A stretch of DNA of 64,000 nt from Eledone cirrhosa (taxonomy: Eukaryota). Both the position numbers and the translations under genes were made by a program. Below, piece by piece: positions 25,723 to 37,923 of this stretch. Below the pieces are notes generated by a model that worked only from the letters and a program-made list of their open reading frames with translations, was not told where the DNA came from and did no database searches. The stretch is taken from NCBI GenBank assembly GCA_964016885.1, contig OZ024746.1, forward strand, positions 19,096,001 through 19,160,000. The letters run 5' to 3'. Within the stretch, counting starts at the first letter, position 1; every line of letters starts with the position of its first letter.

Positions 25723-26486
25723 TTCGGTTTAGAATAGACTTTAACTAACTTAACTAATATTCAAAGCTTACTTGTAGATTTATCATTAAATTATTGCAGG
25801 TTATTATTAAAGTTCTAATATAACTTGAGATAATTACTTTAACATTAAATTTGATTTGCTATGAAAAGGTTTGCAACTCATTCAAATAAGGATGTAGATT
25901 AAAGTTAATAGTTAATATGAAGCATTGTGAGATATGTAGTAAATGACTGCTAAGTTTCAGAAAGCCAGTACAGTGTGGTAGAAATATATAAAGGGTAAAA
26001 GATGACAAATGAAACAGAACAAAGTGTTTTTCTTACCCAGTGTATTTCAACATAATATTTCAGGGTTAATACCCTCTTTTCAAATGTAAAAACGAAGATG
26101 GTTCAAAACAAAACAAACGATTGATGTGTTCTTCCCTAATTGGTTCAAGTGTCAAAAAATATAGATTAAACTGTTAACTGGAGAATATCAATTTAAAAAA
26201 CAACACAAAATCAAACCAGTAAGAATCAGAGTTAATGTGTACATGGTGAACATGAAAGGAAATGGTAATATTGAACTTAGAAATCTAATTACTTCCAGGA
26301 AAAAATAGCAGCTTGTTGTTGATTGTTTACAGCTTGCATTTATTTTTAGTTTTTACAAACTCTACTGTTATCATTGTTTCATTGTCATCACCATCGTTGA
26401 TATCATTAGCAATACTACTGTCAGCATTATCATTTTATTATCTTTCACCTCAAAGTGACATAATTTGAATTGGTTTATAGAATTGT

Positions 26487-26566
<80 letters not shown>

Positions 26567-26670
26567 ATAGATATATATGCATATGCAAAATGTAAACAGA
26601 AATAACAAAGTAAACGACACAGTACAATGAAGAAATATATTACTTTAATGCTTGATATAGTAAGACAAGA

Positions 26671-26708
26671 ATCTTTATGTTTCGGACACTAGTCCTTCAT
26701 CAGAAGAT
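26671..26708 (-). ncRNA. minimal type I hammerhead ribozyme-like motif
   Basis: aucuu CUGAUGA a GGAC-uagu-GUCC GAAA ca UA aagau. Perfect 5-bp stem I and 4-bp stem II; stem III ACAU is the likely CpG-decayed form of ACGU. Confidence 0.75.
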
Positions 26709-26819
26709 GGAATGAGAAATAAAAGATGAAATAGAAAGAAAGAGAGTAAGAAGAGGAAGGAACAGAAATCTAATTTTTGAGAAAAACATCCATATTCAGT
26801 TGATAAGAAAAATAGTAAT

Positions 26820-26862
<43 letters not shown>

Positions 26863-26883
26863 TTATATAATATATATATAGTT

Positions 26884-26929
26884 ATGAGGATTGAAAGCAA
26901 AATCTTTAGCTTTTAAGAAACCACGGGTA
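26884..26929 (+). ncRNA. hammerhead-like motif, 5'-truncated
   Basis: aUGAGGA UUGAAAGC-aaaaucuuua-GCUUUUAA GAAA ccacggg UA; C3 is replaced and the stem I 5' strand is missing. Confidence 0.45.
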
Positions 26930-27032
26930 AATGGAATAATTGCCTTATGTTGTTTATTACATAACTAATAAGCTCTGTTACCTACATAGAGCACTCTTTT
27001 TTCCTGGACTTTTCCGACGGAATTACTTCATT

Positions 27033-27106
<74 letters not shown>

Positions 27107-27149
27107 ATATAGTTGAAAATGAACGAACAAAACACAGGAGGCAATTGTA

Positions 27150-27265
27150 CACAGTTATATTAGGTTCATGCTTGGTGGAAGTGGAGGAGGTTTCAACGTT
27201 TCTGACAAAAGTCTTTCATCAGAGAAGTTCAGTTAGGGGAGAACAGGATCTCCGAGGAGGAGTAA
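27150..27265 (-). ncRNA. repeat carrying a minimal hammerhead-like motif (core 27191-27227)
   Basis: CUGAUGA aaGAC-uuuu-GUCa GAAA cg UU gaaa, with palindromic stem III ACGU; paralog of 24955-25075. Confidence 0.6.
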
Positions 27266-27377
27266 GAGGGGTTTCAGGAGGGAAGTTATGTATATATATA
27301 TATATATATAGGACGTAAAATAAGAAAATATTTTTTTAAAAAAATTTAAAAAAAATTTTTTTCTTACTTAAATTTTC

Positions 27378-27459
27378 ACTCCAACTAATTAGTTTCTGCA
27401 ATGGGATAAAGACAGTTACGTAATCCAACTGTCGAGAATTCATTGCGTCATCAGGAAGT
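27378..27459 (-). ncRNA. type I hammerhead ribozyme-like motif with extended stem II
   Basis: acuuc CUGAUGA c GCAAUG..GACAGUU-loop-AACUGUC..CAUUGC a GAAA cuaauuag UU ggagu. Stem I acuuc/ggagu, two-part stem II, palindromic stem III. Confidence 0.7.
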
Positions 27460-27826
27460 CTATTCTCAGTTAAGTCTCCAGGCAATGCGCGGACACTGGC
27501 GGCTCATATAAAAATAATAATAATTCGGTAGATCGAACAGCTTGCGAGGACTGGATTCTATGTACCGAAATTCTCACTGCTTCAAGTCAAATGGCCGATT
27601 CTAAAGAATCAATCACGTGACACAGAGGCTAGTTAGAAGGAATGGGATGGTAAGATGACTGACGCCTACTAACACCCCAAAAAAAATTTTTTTTTAGAAG
27701 TGGTTTTGACAAGTTTGCTCGACAAATCAGTGATTTGGAGATAAATATAGATAATTTAATATATCAACTAACATAAGCGCACAGATGCACGCCCATGCCA
27801 GCAAATACACAGGTTATGTCATAGTA

Positions 27827-27870
<44 letters not shown>

Positions 27871-28016
27871 TGGATTGAGAGGGACAAGGCTGCGTGTTTA
27901 CTGGTAATGAGTGTTAGAAAGTTCAGGGAACACAAACAAGAGGTAGACATTTTCCCTTCATCAGTTGTCTACTACGGGTCACAGATGTTTCAGCGCATTT
28001 ATATATGTATATGTGT

Positions 28017-28378
28017 ATCATCATCATTTTACGTCCGCTTTTCCCTGCTTGCAAGGGTGGGACGGGTCTTATTCAGCACAGCATCTCTCCACTCGTCACG
28101 GTCCCTCGTCATCTCCACCGTGAGCTTCAATGATCTGAGGTCTGCTCTCACCACCTCCGCCCATGTTTTTCGTGGTCTACCTCTACCACGTCTTCCTTCA
28201 ACTGGCATTTCCTGGCACTTCTTCACCCATCGGTCATCCTCCATGCGCATCACATGTCCATACCACCTCAGTCTCCTCTCCCGTACACTACATTCTATCC
28301 CTCTCAGACACAGTTTCTCTCTCAACACATTTATGCTGGGTCGTTCACGCACATTTACACTGCACATCCAACGGAGTG
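28017..28378 (-). mobile_element. 5'-truncated RTE LINE 3' end
   Basis: Open frame RWMCSV...RRLRWYGHVMRM...GRRGRGRPRKTW...TRPTLASREKRT*, immediately followed by a (tga)n tail. Confidence 0.9.
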
Positions 28379-28403
28379 TGTATATATATATATATATATA
28401 TAT

Positions 28404-28670
28404 CATCATTCACCATCATTTCATTTTACGTCTGCTTTTCCCTGCTTGCAAGGGTGGGACGGGAACTGATTTTGGCTTGATTTCTACAGCTGGATGCCCT
28501 TCCTAACACCAACCTCATTTACAGTGAGTGCTGGGTGATTTTTTTGCCGTGGCACCTCCACGACCACTTTGCAGTGGAATGATAGGGACCCCAGTCCCTA
28601 TCATCTCATTTCTACAGCTGAGTAAACTGGAGCAATTTGAAATAAAGTGTCTTGCTCAAGGAAACAACAA
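28404..28670 (-). mobile_element. CORE-type SINE with RTE tail, family C1 (5' truncated)
   Basis: Near-identical to 45274-45545. Confidence 0.85.
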
Positions 28671-29142
28671 TATATATATATATGCTGAAACCTATCAAAG
28701 TTATATAAATGTGTGTGTGTGTGTGTGAACGTGTGTGTACATATGTGTTTGTGTCCTTAATATTTAGTAGGTTATCTAAATTACTATATCTATAATCTGT
28801 ATTTATCATATCTTAATAATTCATTTCAAATTTTCCTTGCCATCTGTTATGGATAACATCTAGCTTCTCATTAACTAGTTTTTATCATTTGTTTTTGTCT
28901 TTATAATGAGGAGCCCCAACATATAACCCACTTTAGAGAATTGTTTTTATACTTGAGGTGACACATTTGTTTTAGTTATCAAAATATGAAATCACATTTT
29001 AAAGAAATTTCTATCTCTGTAATAGAAATATCCATCATCATAACCTGCCTCGAATAATTCAAACCAAATCCCTTTTGAAACCACACCCAGAGAAAATATT
29101 AAACTCAACAATATTATCTAACAAACCAGTTGTCAGGTTTAC

Positions 29143-32100
29143 AGTGATGTGGTGGTGTAATGCCTCTCTCTCTCTCTACTATAGTAATACAATATCACCA
29201 CAGTGGTGTGATGTGGTGGTGTAATGCCGCTCTCTCTACTATAGTAATATAATATCACTGTGGTGTGATGTGGTGGTGTAATGCTTCTCTCTCTCTCTAC
29301 TATAGTAATGCAATATCACCACAGTGGTGTGATGTGGTGGTGTAATGCCGCTCTCTCTACTATAGTAATGCAATATCACCACAGTGGTGTGATGTGGTGG
29401 TGTAATGCCGCTCTCTCTACTATAGTAATATAATATCATCACTGTGGTGTGATGTGGTGGTGTAATGATTCTCTCTCTCTCTACTATAGTAATACAATAT
29501 CACCACAATGGTGTGATGTGGTGGTGTAATGCCTCTCTCTCTACTATAGTAATACAATATCACCACAATGGTGTGATGTGGTGGTGTAATGCCTCTCTCT
29601 CTACTATAGTAATACAATATCACCACAATGGTGTGATGTGGTGGTGTAATGCCTCTCTCTCTACTATAGTAATATAATATCACCACAGTGGTGTGATGTG
29701 GTGGTGTAATGCCTCTCTCTCTACTATAGTAATACAATATCACCACAGTGGTGTGATGTGGGGGTGTAATGCCTCTCCTTGTCACACCACAGTAATACAG
29801 TGCCACCACTGTGATGTGATGTGGTGGTGTAATGCCTCTCCTTGTCACACCACAGTAATACAGTGCCACCACTGTGATGTGATGTGGTGGTGTAATGCCT
29901 CTCCCTGTCACACCACAGTAATACAGTGCCACCACTGTAATGTGATGTGGTGGTGTAAAGCCTCTCCTTGTCACACCACAGTAATACAGTGCCACCACTG
30001 TAATGTGATGTGGTGGTGTAAAGCCTCTCCTTGTCACACCACAGTAATACAGTGCCACCACTGTAATGTGATGTGGTGGTGCAATGCCTCTCCTTGTCAC
30101 ACCACAGTAATACAGTGCCACCACTGTAATGTGATGTGGTGGTGCAATGCCTCTCCTTGTCACACCACACAAATACAGTGCCACCGCTGTAATGTGATGT
30201 GGTGGTGTAAAGCCTCTCCCTGTCACACCACAGTAATACAGTGCCACCACTGTGATGTGATGTGGTGGTGTAAAGCCTCTCCCTGTCACACCACAGTAAT
30301 ACAGTGCCACCACTGTAATGTGATGTGGTGGTGTAAAGCCTCTCCTTGTCACACCACAGTAATACAGTGCCACCACTGTGATGTGATGTGGTGGTGTAAA
30401 GCCTCTCCCTGTCACACCACAGTAATACAGTGCCACCACTGTGATGTGATGTGGTGGTGTAAAGCCTCTCCCTGTCACACCACAGTAATACAGTGCCACC
30501 ACTGTGATGTGATGTGGTGGTGTAAAGCCTCTCCTTGTCACACCACAGTAATACAGTGCCACCAATGTAATGTGATGTGGTGGTGTAAAGCCTCTCCTTG
30601 TCACACCACAGTAATACAGTGCCACCACTGTGATGTGATGTGGTGGTGTAAAGCCTCTCCCTGTCACACCACAGTAATACAGTGCCACCACTGTGATGTG
30701 ATGTGGTGGTGTAAAGCCTCTCCTTGTCACACCACAGTAATACAGTGCCACCACTGTAATGTGATGTGGTGGTGTAAAGCCTCTCCTTGTCACACCACAG
30801 TAATACAGTGCTACCACTGTAATGTGATGTGGTGGTGCAATGCCTCTCCTTGTCACGCCACAGTAATACAGTGCCACCACTGTAATGTGATGTGGTGGTG
30901 CAATGCCTCTCCTTGTCACACCACAGTAATACAGTGCCACCACTGTGATGTGATGTGGTGGTGTAAAGCCTCTCCCTGTCACACCACTAATACAGTGCCA
31001 CCACTGTAATGTGATGTGGTGGTGCAATGCCTCTCCCTGTCACACCACAGTAATACAGTGCCACCACTGTGATGTGATGTGGTGGTGCAATGCCTCTCCT
31101 TGTCACGCCACAGTAATACAGTGCCACCACTGTAATGTGATGTGGTGGTGTAAAGCCTCTCCCTGTCACACCACAGTAATACAGTGCCACCACTGTAATG
31201 TGATGTGGTGGTGCAATGCCTCTCCTTGTCACGCCACAGTAATACAGTGCCACCACTGTGATGTGGTGGTGTAAAGCCTCTCCTTGTCACACCACAGTAA
31301 TACAGTGCCACCACTGTAATGTGATGTGGTGGTGTAAAGCCTCTCCTTGTCACACCACAGTAATACAGTGCCACCACTGTAATGTGATGTGGTGGTGCAA
31401 TGCCTCTCCTTGTCACACCACAGTAATACAGTGCCACCACTGTAATGTGATGTGGTGGTGTAAAGCCTCTCCCTGTCACACCACAGTAATACAGTGCCAC
31501 CACTGTGATGTGATGTGGTGGTGTAAAGCCTCTCCTTGTCACACCACAGTAATACAGTGCCACCACTGTGATGTGATGTGGTGGTGTAAAGCCTCTCCCT
31601 GTCACACCACAGTAATACAGTGCCACCACTGTGATGTGATGTGGTGGTGTAAAGCCTCTCCTTGTCACACCACAGTAATACAGTGCCACCAATGTGATGT
31701 GATGTGGTGGTGTAAAGCCTCTCCCTGTCACACCACTAATACAGTGCCACCACTGTAATGTGATGTGGTGGTGTAAAGCCTCTCCTTGTCACACCACAGT
31801 AATACAGTGCCACCACTGTGATGTGATGTGGTGGTGTAAAGCCTCTCCCTGTCACACCACAGTAATACAGTGCCACCACTGTGATGTGATGTGGTGGTGT
31901 AAAGCCTCTCCCTGTCACACCACAGTAATACAGTGCCACCACTGTGATGTGATGTGGTGGTGTAAAGCCTCTCCCTGTCACACCACAGTAATACAGTGCC
32001 GCCACTGTGATGTGATGTGGTGGTGTAAAGCCTCTCCTTGTCACACCACAGTAATACAGTGCCACCACTGTAATGTGATGTGGTGGTGTAAAGCCTCTCC

Positions 32101-33258
32101 TTGTCACACCACAGTAATACAGTGCCACCACTGTAATGTGATGTGGTGGTGTAAAGCCTCTCCCTGTCACACCACTAATACAGTGCCACCACTGTAATGT
32201 GATGTGGTGGTGTAAAGCCTCTCCTTGTCACACCACAGTAATACAGTGCCACCGCTGTAATGTGATGTGGTGGTGCAATGCCTCTCCCTGTCACACCACA
32301 GTAATACAGTGCCACCACTGTGATGTGATGTGGTGGTGTAAAGCCTCTCCCTGTCACACCACAGTAATACAGTGCCACCACTGTGATGTGATGTGGTGGT
32401 GTAAAGCCTCTCCCTGTCACACCACAGTAATACAGTGCCACCACTGTGATGTGATGTGGTGGTGTAAAGCCTCTCCCTGTCACACCACAGTAATACAGTG
32501 CCACCACTGTGATGTGATGTGGTGGTGTAAAGCCTCTCCTTGTCACACCACAGTAATACAGTGCCACCACTGTGATGTGATGTGGTGGTGTAAAGCCTCT
32601 CCCTGTCACACCACTAATACAGTGCCACCACTGTAATGTGATGTGGTGGTGTAAAGCCTCTCCTTGTCACACCACAGTAATACAGTGCCACCACTGTGAT
32701 GTGATGTGGTGGTGTAAAGCCTCTCCTTGTCACACCACAGTAATACAGTGCCACCACTGTGATGTGATGTGGTGGTGTAAAGCCTCTCCTTGTCACACCA
32801 CAGTAATACAGTGCCACCACTGTGATGTGATGTGGTGGTGTAAAGCCTCTCCTTGTCACACCACAGTAATACAGTGCCACCACTGTGATGTGATGTGGTG
32901 GTGTAAAGCCTCTCCTTGTCACACCACAGTAATACAGTGCCACCACTGTGATGTGATGTGGTGGTGTAAAGCCTCTCCTTGTCACACCACAGTAATACAG
33001 TGCCACCACTGTGATGTGATGTGGTGGTGTAAAGCCTCTCCTTGTCACACCACAGTAATACAGTGCCACCACTGTGATGTGATGTGGTGGTGTAAAGCCT
33101 CTCCTTGTCACACCACAGTAATACAGTGCCACCACTGTAATGTGATGTGGTGGTGTAAAGCCTCTCCCTGTCACACCACAGTAATACAGTGCCACCACTG
33201 TGATGTGGTGTGGTGGTGCAATGCCTTTCTCTCTCTATTACAGTAATACAGTGCCACC
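29143..33258. repeat. minisatellite, 63-bp unit (~60-bp variant at the left edge), ~65 copies
   Basis: Unit gtgatgtggtggtgtaaagcctctccttgtcacaccacagtaatacagtgccaccactgtgat; accounts for the 21-aa periodic ORFs. Confidence 0.97.
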
Positions 33259-33477
33259 TCTCTCTCTCTCTCTCAATATACTGAGTTATTTGAAAGTGAA
33301 GTATTTAGACTATGAACATAAGACAAATACACAATAAATACACTTGAAGGCTTTGTTCTATTATCAGTCATTTTGAAAGCCTATTGCTGTCTTTTACATT
33401 GTTCCAACTATTTGGTAAACCATTCTGTGGAATAGAATTATTATAAGCTCAGCTGAATGATGAATACTGAGGTTTAA

Positions 33478-33695
33478 CCCTTATGATATCAAACTGTCAG
33501 AAACCACCCTTGCTTCTATGATGTTCAGATGTATATTTTAAAGCATTTATATTTATCCAAAACGTTTCATCATAATTTTATGTAAGAACCTTTGTTGAGT
33601 TATATTCCAAATAAGTTATTTTATTAAATCCTTCTAAGTTGTTTGAAAATTATAATATAAGTAGTGTCTTCATTAGAAATATGGTAACGAAAGGT
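33478..33695. mobile_element. TTAA-type MITE, family P2 (degenerate)
   Basis: Starts ttaa-cccttatgatatca and ends tggtaacgaaaggt-ttat. Related reverse-oriented sequence at ~4595-4790. Confidence 0.5.
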
Positions 33696-33992
33696 TTATG
33701 GATGTAATAATTCCAACATCAAAAAACAAAATTTGGTTATTAGGAAAGAACTAAGAAGTTTGAAACTTTTTGAAGAATTATTCATAGAAATTAAGCAAAT
33801 TGACTCCAACAAAGAATTCGAGCTTTGGTTCTCCAGATGAATATTAACATTAAGAATAACTGGAAACCTACCCAGTCTAACCCAGGAAATAAACTGTTAC
33901 TTTATTTGATACTGCATTTTTAAAAATATATATTCATATCACTAATGTGATGCAAGATTCTTACTATTTAATATTCATATCCTTCTGCAAAC

Positions 33993-34214
<222 letters not shown>

Positions 34215-34468
34215 ATCTCTGCCACTCCTCAACTCTCCCCACCACCAGTTCCTGTTTGGGCTCTCTCTGCTATTTTCATCCTGTTATCTTCCTTTTTGTT
34301 TGTGACATCAAAAGTGGTGTGACGACGTGCTTCTTCACCCAACAGACATACGTCACAGTTCCTTATGTTATCATTGCTCCACTTTCTCCCCTTCTCACTT
34401 AAAAGACTTGAACGTTTAATTGTTTATTGTTTTGGTCTCAGTTAACCTCAGTTGTAAAACCTTGCTTT

Positions 34469-34723
34469 GGTATGTGGCTTAATGGTTAGGAAGTTTGATT
34501 TGCAATCCTGAGGTTGTAAGTTCAATTCCTGGATCAGGCAATGTGTTAGGTCCTTGAGCAAGACACTTTATTTCATGCTGCTCTTTCTGCTAAGAGTTGT
34601 GAGTGGTAGATAGTATCAGCAATGGAAAGACCAATGGAAACATTGTTTCTTTGGTCTGATCTAACAAGTTCCATTTCACCCAGTAAGTGAATGAGGTCTG
34701 GGATCTTGTTGATTGTTTGTTGT
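34469..34723 (+). mobile_element. CORE-type SINE, family C2
   Basis: A box tggcttaatgg, B box agttcaattcc, core ccttgagcaagacactttatttca, and a (ttg) tail. Confidence 0.8.
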
Positions 34724-34928
34724 TGTAAAGCCTCATTATTTAAGTGTTCTTGTCTACATCATTTGTTTCCCACCTTTCCTATCAAAGGGATCCTGTCCTA
34801 TTTATTTTTTTATTTTTTACCTGTTCTAGTTTTCACCCCATGTCTTTTACATGTTTGTTAAACCTTTCCCTGGAGTTTATTTATTTAATAGCCATGAGCC
34901 ATATAAAGTAATTAGTTCTATTGTTTAA

Positions 34929-35134
34929 CCCTTTAGCATTTACATTACTCTATATATACGATTGTATTTTCATGGTAAAGGCTTTATCTTACATAATTAT
35001 CTCACATAATATCGAATTTACAAGATTTTGATATTATTTATTTAACATCAGTATGAGCAGCCATGTACAGCTGGTTTGAACAGAAAGAAGTAAGAGAATT
35101 CTGACCAGATATGGCCGGTTTAAATGCTAACAGG
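34929..35134 (-). mobile_element. piggyBac-type MITE, family P1
   Basis: TTAA flanks; ccctttagcattta / taaatgctaacagg. An extra end fragment lies at ~35165-35200. Confidence 0.85.
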
Positions 35135-35524
35135 TTAAAGGACCAAAACTACACATCATGAGGTACCATAAAATACAATAGTATATATAGAGTTAAAGGG
35201 TTAAACCTATTCTTAAGGTTATTTCTCTGAGTAACACTACGGTAAAAGGGTGAGTTTACAAAACTGCAGAAGATGCTGACAAGGCAATAACTTTACAACT
35301 CCAAAAATGTAGGTTTTTTTTTATCTAGCTGAAAGAGTCAGTATTTTGAGGTTTTATCGTTTTCATAGCCTAATTAAATTATGGCAGTCCCTCTCCCACC
35401 TCACCAAAAATACATTATTATAGTAGTCCGTCCCTCACCCCACACATGGCCTAATTAAAGTATAGGAGAACCTCTCCCACCCCACAAAAAAATACATTAT
35501 TGATGAAATTCCCTTTGCAAAATA

Positions 35525-35722
35525 TGAGGGTTGGCTGAAAAGTTTATAAGCTGACCAAGATACTCTCATGGAATGACCAAACAAGGTTTATTTTTCAACA
35601 TAATCCCTGGAAAGAAACAATACAGTTATTAACAAGAAGCATTGAAATTAATGCATGCAAGATTTCACAGCTCTAACACCATTCCTTCGTAGTCAGCCTA
35701 TAAATTTTTCAGCCAACCTTCG
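35525..35722 (+). mobile_element. mariner-type MITE, family M1
   Basis: TA flanks; ~30-bp TIRs tgagggttggctgaaaagtttataagctgac / gtcagcctataaatttttcagccaaccttcg. Other copies at 49221-49362, 52663-52848 and 53241-53437. Confidence 0.85.
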
Positions 35723-36018
35723 TAACTTAAGCTGGAACTAATTTTCTTTCCTTTCATTTTTTTTTTTTTGAGGAGTATTTGAGAACAAATAACATTTTTC
35801 TTTATAATATTATGATATTGCTTCTATCACATTCAAGGGCTAAGTGGTGTTAAACTGAGAAATGGGAAAGTTTAAATTCTCAAGTAGGTTATAGTGACTT
35901 TTGAAAGCAGCATACAAAAATTTAAAATTCCCCAGTAAGAAATAATAGAAATACAGTTTAAAGTGAAAGAAAGAAAAATGAGAGAGAGAAGAGGCAGGTT
36001 AGTGGAAGCATTGATAAT

Positions 36019-36222
36019 GGTTTCTGATTTAGGCACCTGACCAATAATTTGGGGGGAGGAGAAAGTTGATTAAATCAACCCCAGTGCGTCACTGGTACTT
36101 CATTTTATCAAACCCCATAGGATGAAAGGCAAAACTAACTTCAGTGGGATTTGAACTCAGAATGTAAAGGGCCATAACTATATGCCACAAAGCATGTTGT
36201 CCGACACTCCACCGATTACTGG
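36019..36222 (-). mobile_element. tRNA-derived SINE, family A
   Basis: Match to the family A consensus. Confidence 0.85.
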
Positions 36223-36313
36223 CATACTTGAACTAAAAGCAGCAACATAATAAACAAATGCTATGAATCTACTGTCATAATTGGTTCCAGTGCTCTCTCT
36301 AGAATGAGTTTAG

Positions 36314-37508
36314 ATAATTAGCTACAGTGGGTCTACATTAGCTACAGTGGGTCTACATAATTAGCTACAGTGGGTCTACATAATTGGCTACAGTGGGTCT
36401 ACATAATTAGCTACAGTGGGTCTACATAATTGGCTACAGTAGGTCTACATAATTAGCTACAGTGGGTCTACATTAGCTACAGTGGGTCTACATAATTGGC
36501 TACAGTGGGTCTACATAATTAGCTACAGTGGGTCTACATAATTGGCTACAGTAGGTCTACATAATTAGCTACAGTGGGTCTACATTAGCTACAGTGGGTC
36601 TACATAATTAGCTACAGTGGGTCTACATAATTAGCTACAGTGGGTCTACATTAGCTACAGTGGGTCTACATAATTAGCTACAGTAGGTCTACATAATTAG
36701 CTACAGTGGGTCTACATAATTAGCTACAGTGGGTCTACATATTTAGCTCCAGTAGGTCTACATAATTAGCTACAGTGGGTCTACATAATTAGCTACATTG
36801 GGTCTACATTAGCTACAGTAGGTCTACATATTTAGCTCCAGTAGGTCTACATAATTAGCTACAGTGGGTCTACATAATTAGCTCCAGTAGGTCTACATAA
36901 TTAGCTACAGTAGGTCTACATTAGCTACAGTGGGTCTACATTAGCTACAGTGGGTCTACATAATTAGCTACAGTAGGTCTACATAATTAGCTCCAGTAGG
37001 TCTACATAATTAGCTACAGTAGGTCTACATAATTGGCTACAGTAGGTCTACATAATTAGCTACAGTAGGTCTACATAATTGGCTACAGTAGGTCTACATA
37101 ATTGGCTACAGTGGGTCTACATAATTAGCTACAGTAGGTCTACATAATTGGCTACAGTAGGTCTACATAATTGGCTACAGTGGGTCTACATAATTAGCTC
37201 CAGTAGGTCTACATAATTAGCTACAGTGGGTCTACATAATTAGCTACAGTAGGTCTACATAATTAGCTCCAGTGGGTCTACATATTTAGCTCCAGTGGGT
37301 CTACATAATTGGCTACAGTAGGTCTACATAATTGGCTACAGTAGGTCTACATGATTAGCTACAGTGGGTTTACATAATTGGCTACAGTGGGTCTACATAA
37401 TTGGCTACAGTGGGTCTACATAATTGGCTACAGTAGGTTTACATGATTAGCTACAGTGGGTCTACATGATTAGCTACAGTGGGTTTACATAATTAGCTCC
37501 AGTGGGTC
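36314..37508. repeat. minisatellite, 23-bp unit (20-bp deletion variant), ~50 copies
   Basis: cataattagctacagtgggtcta and its variants. Confidence 0.97.
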
Positions 37509-37653
37509 CAGAGGGTCAGTGAGTCTACAGTCATAATTAACTCCAATGATCTTTCTAAGAAATAATGTACCCCAGATCAAGAACAAACCATATCCCCTGG
37601 TTAACACTCAAATACATTATTATTATATGTATAAGACCTACCATTTCAATTAA

Positions 37654-37923
37654 CCCTTTAGCATTTACATTACTCTATATATACTATTGTATTTTATGGT
37701 AAACACTTTATCTCACATAATATCCCACATAATATTGAATTTGTGAGATTTCGATATCATTTATTTTGAGAACAATACTTTAACATCAGTATGAGTGACT
37801 GGTTACAGCCAATTTGGACAGAAAGAGGTGAGAGAATTCTGGCCAGCAGAGTGGGATTTACGTATAAGCTAAACAAGCTATAGCTTAGGGCCCCCGGATA
37901 TGGCCGGTTTAAATGCTAAAGGG
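37654..37923 (-). mobile_element. piggyBac-type MITE, family P1, with a ~50-bp insertion
   Basis: TTAA flanks; perfect TIRs ccctttagcattta / taaatgctaaaggg. Confidence 0.9.

Noticed and set aside
26044-26086. Hammerhead-like UUGAAAA gAGGGU-auua-ACCCU GAAA on the minus strand
   Set aside because: Two core substitutions and a weak stem I; possibly a decayed member, but not supportable on its own.
29420-33246. Long ORFs (535 aa, 438 aa and others) with 21-aa Cys/His-rich repeats
   Set aside because: They arise from the 63-bp unit being a multiple of three. They are open on both strands and broken by 61-bp variant units, with no unique coding flanks.
29143-33258. CRISPR-like appearance of the regular arrays (also 36314-37508, 54762-55545, 55875-56837)
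   Set aside because: The units are contiguous with no unique spacers, there are no cas genes, and the context is eukaryotic.
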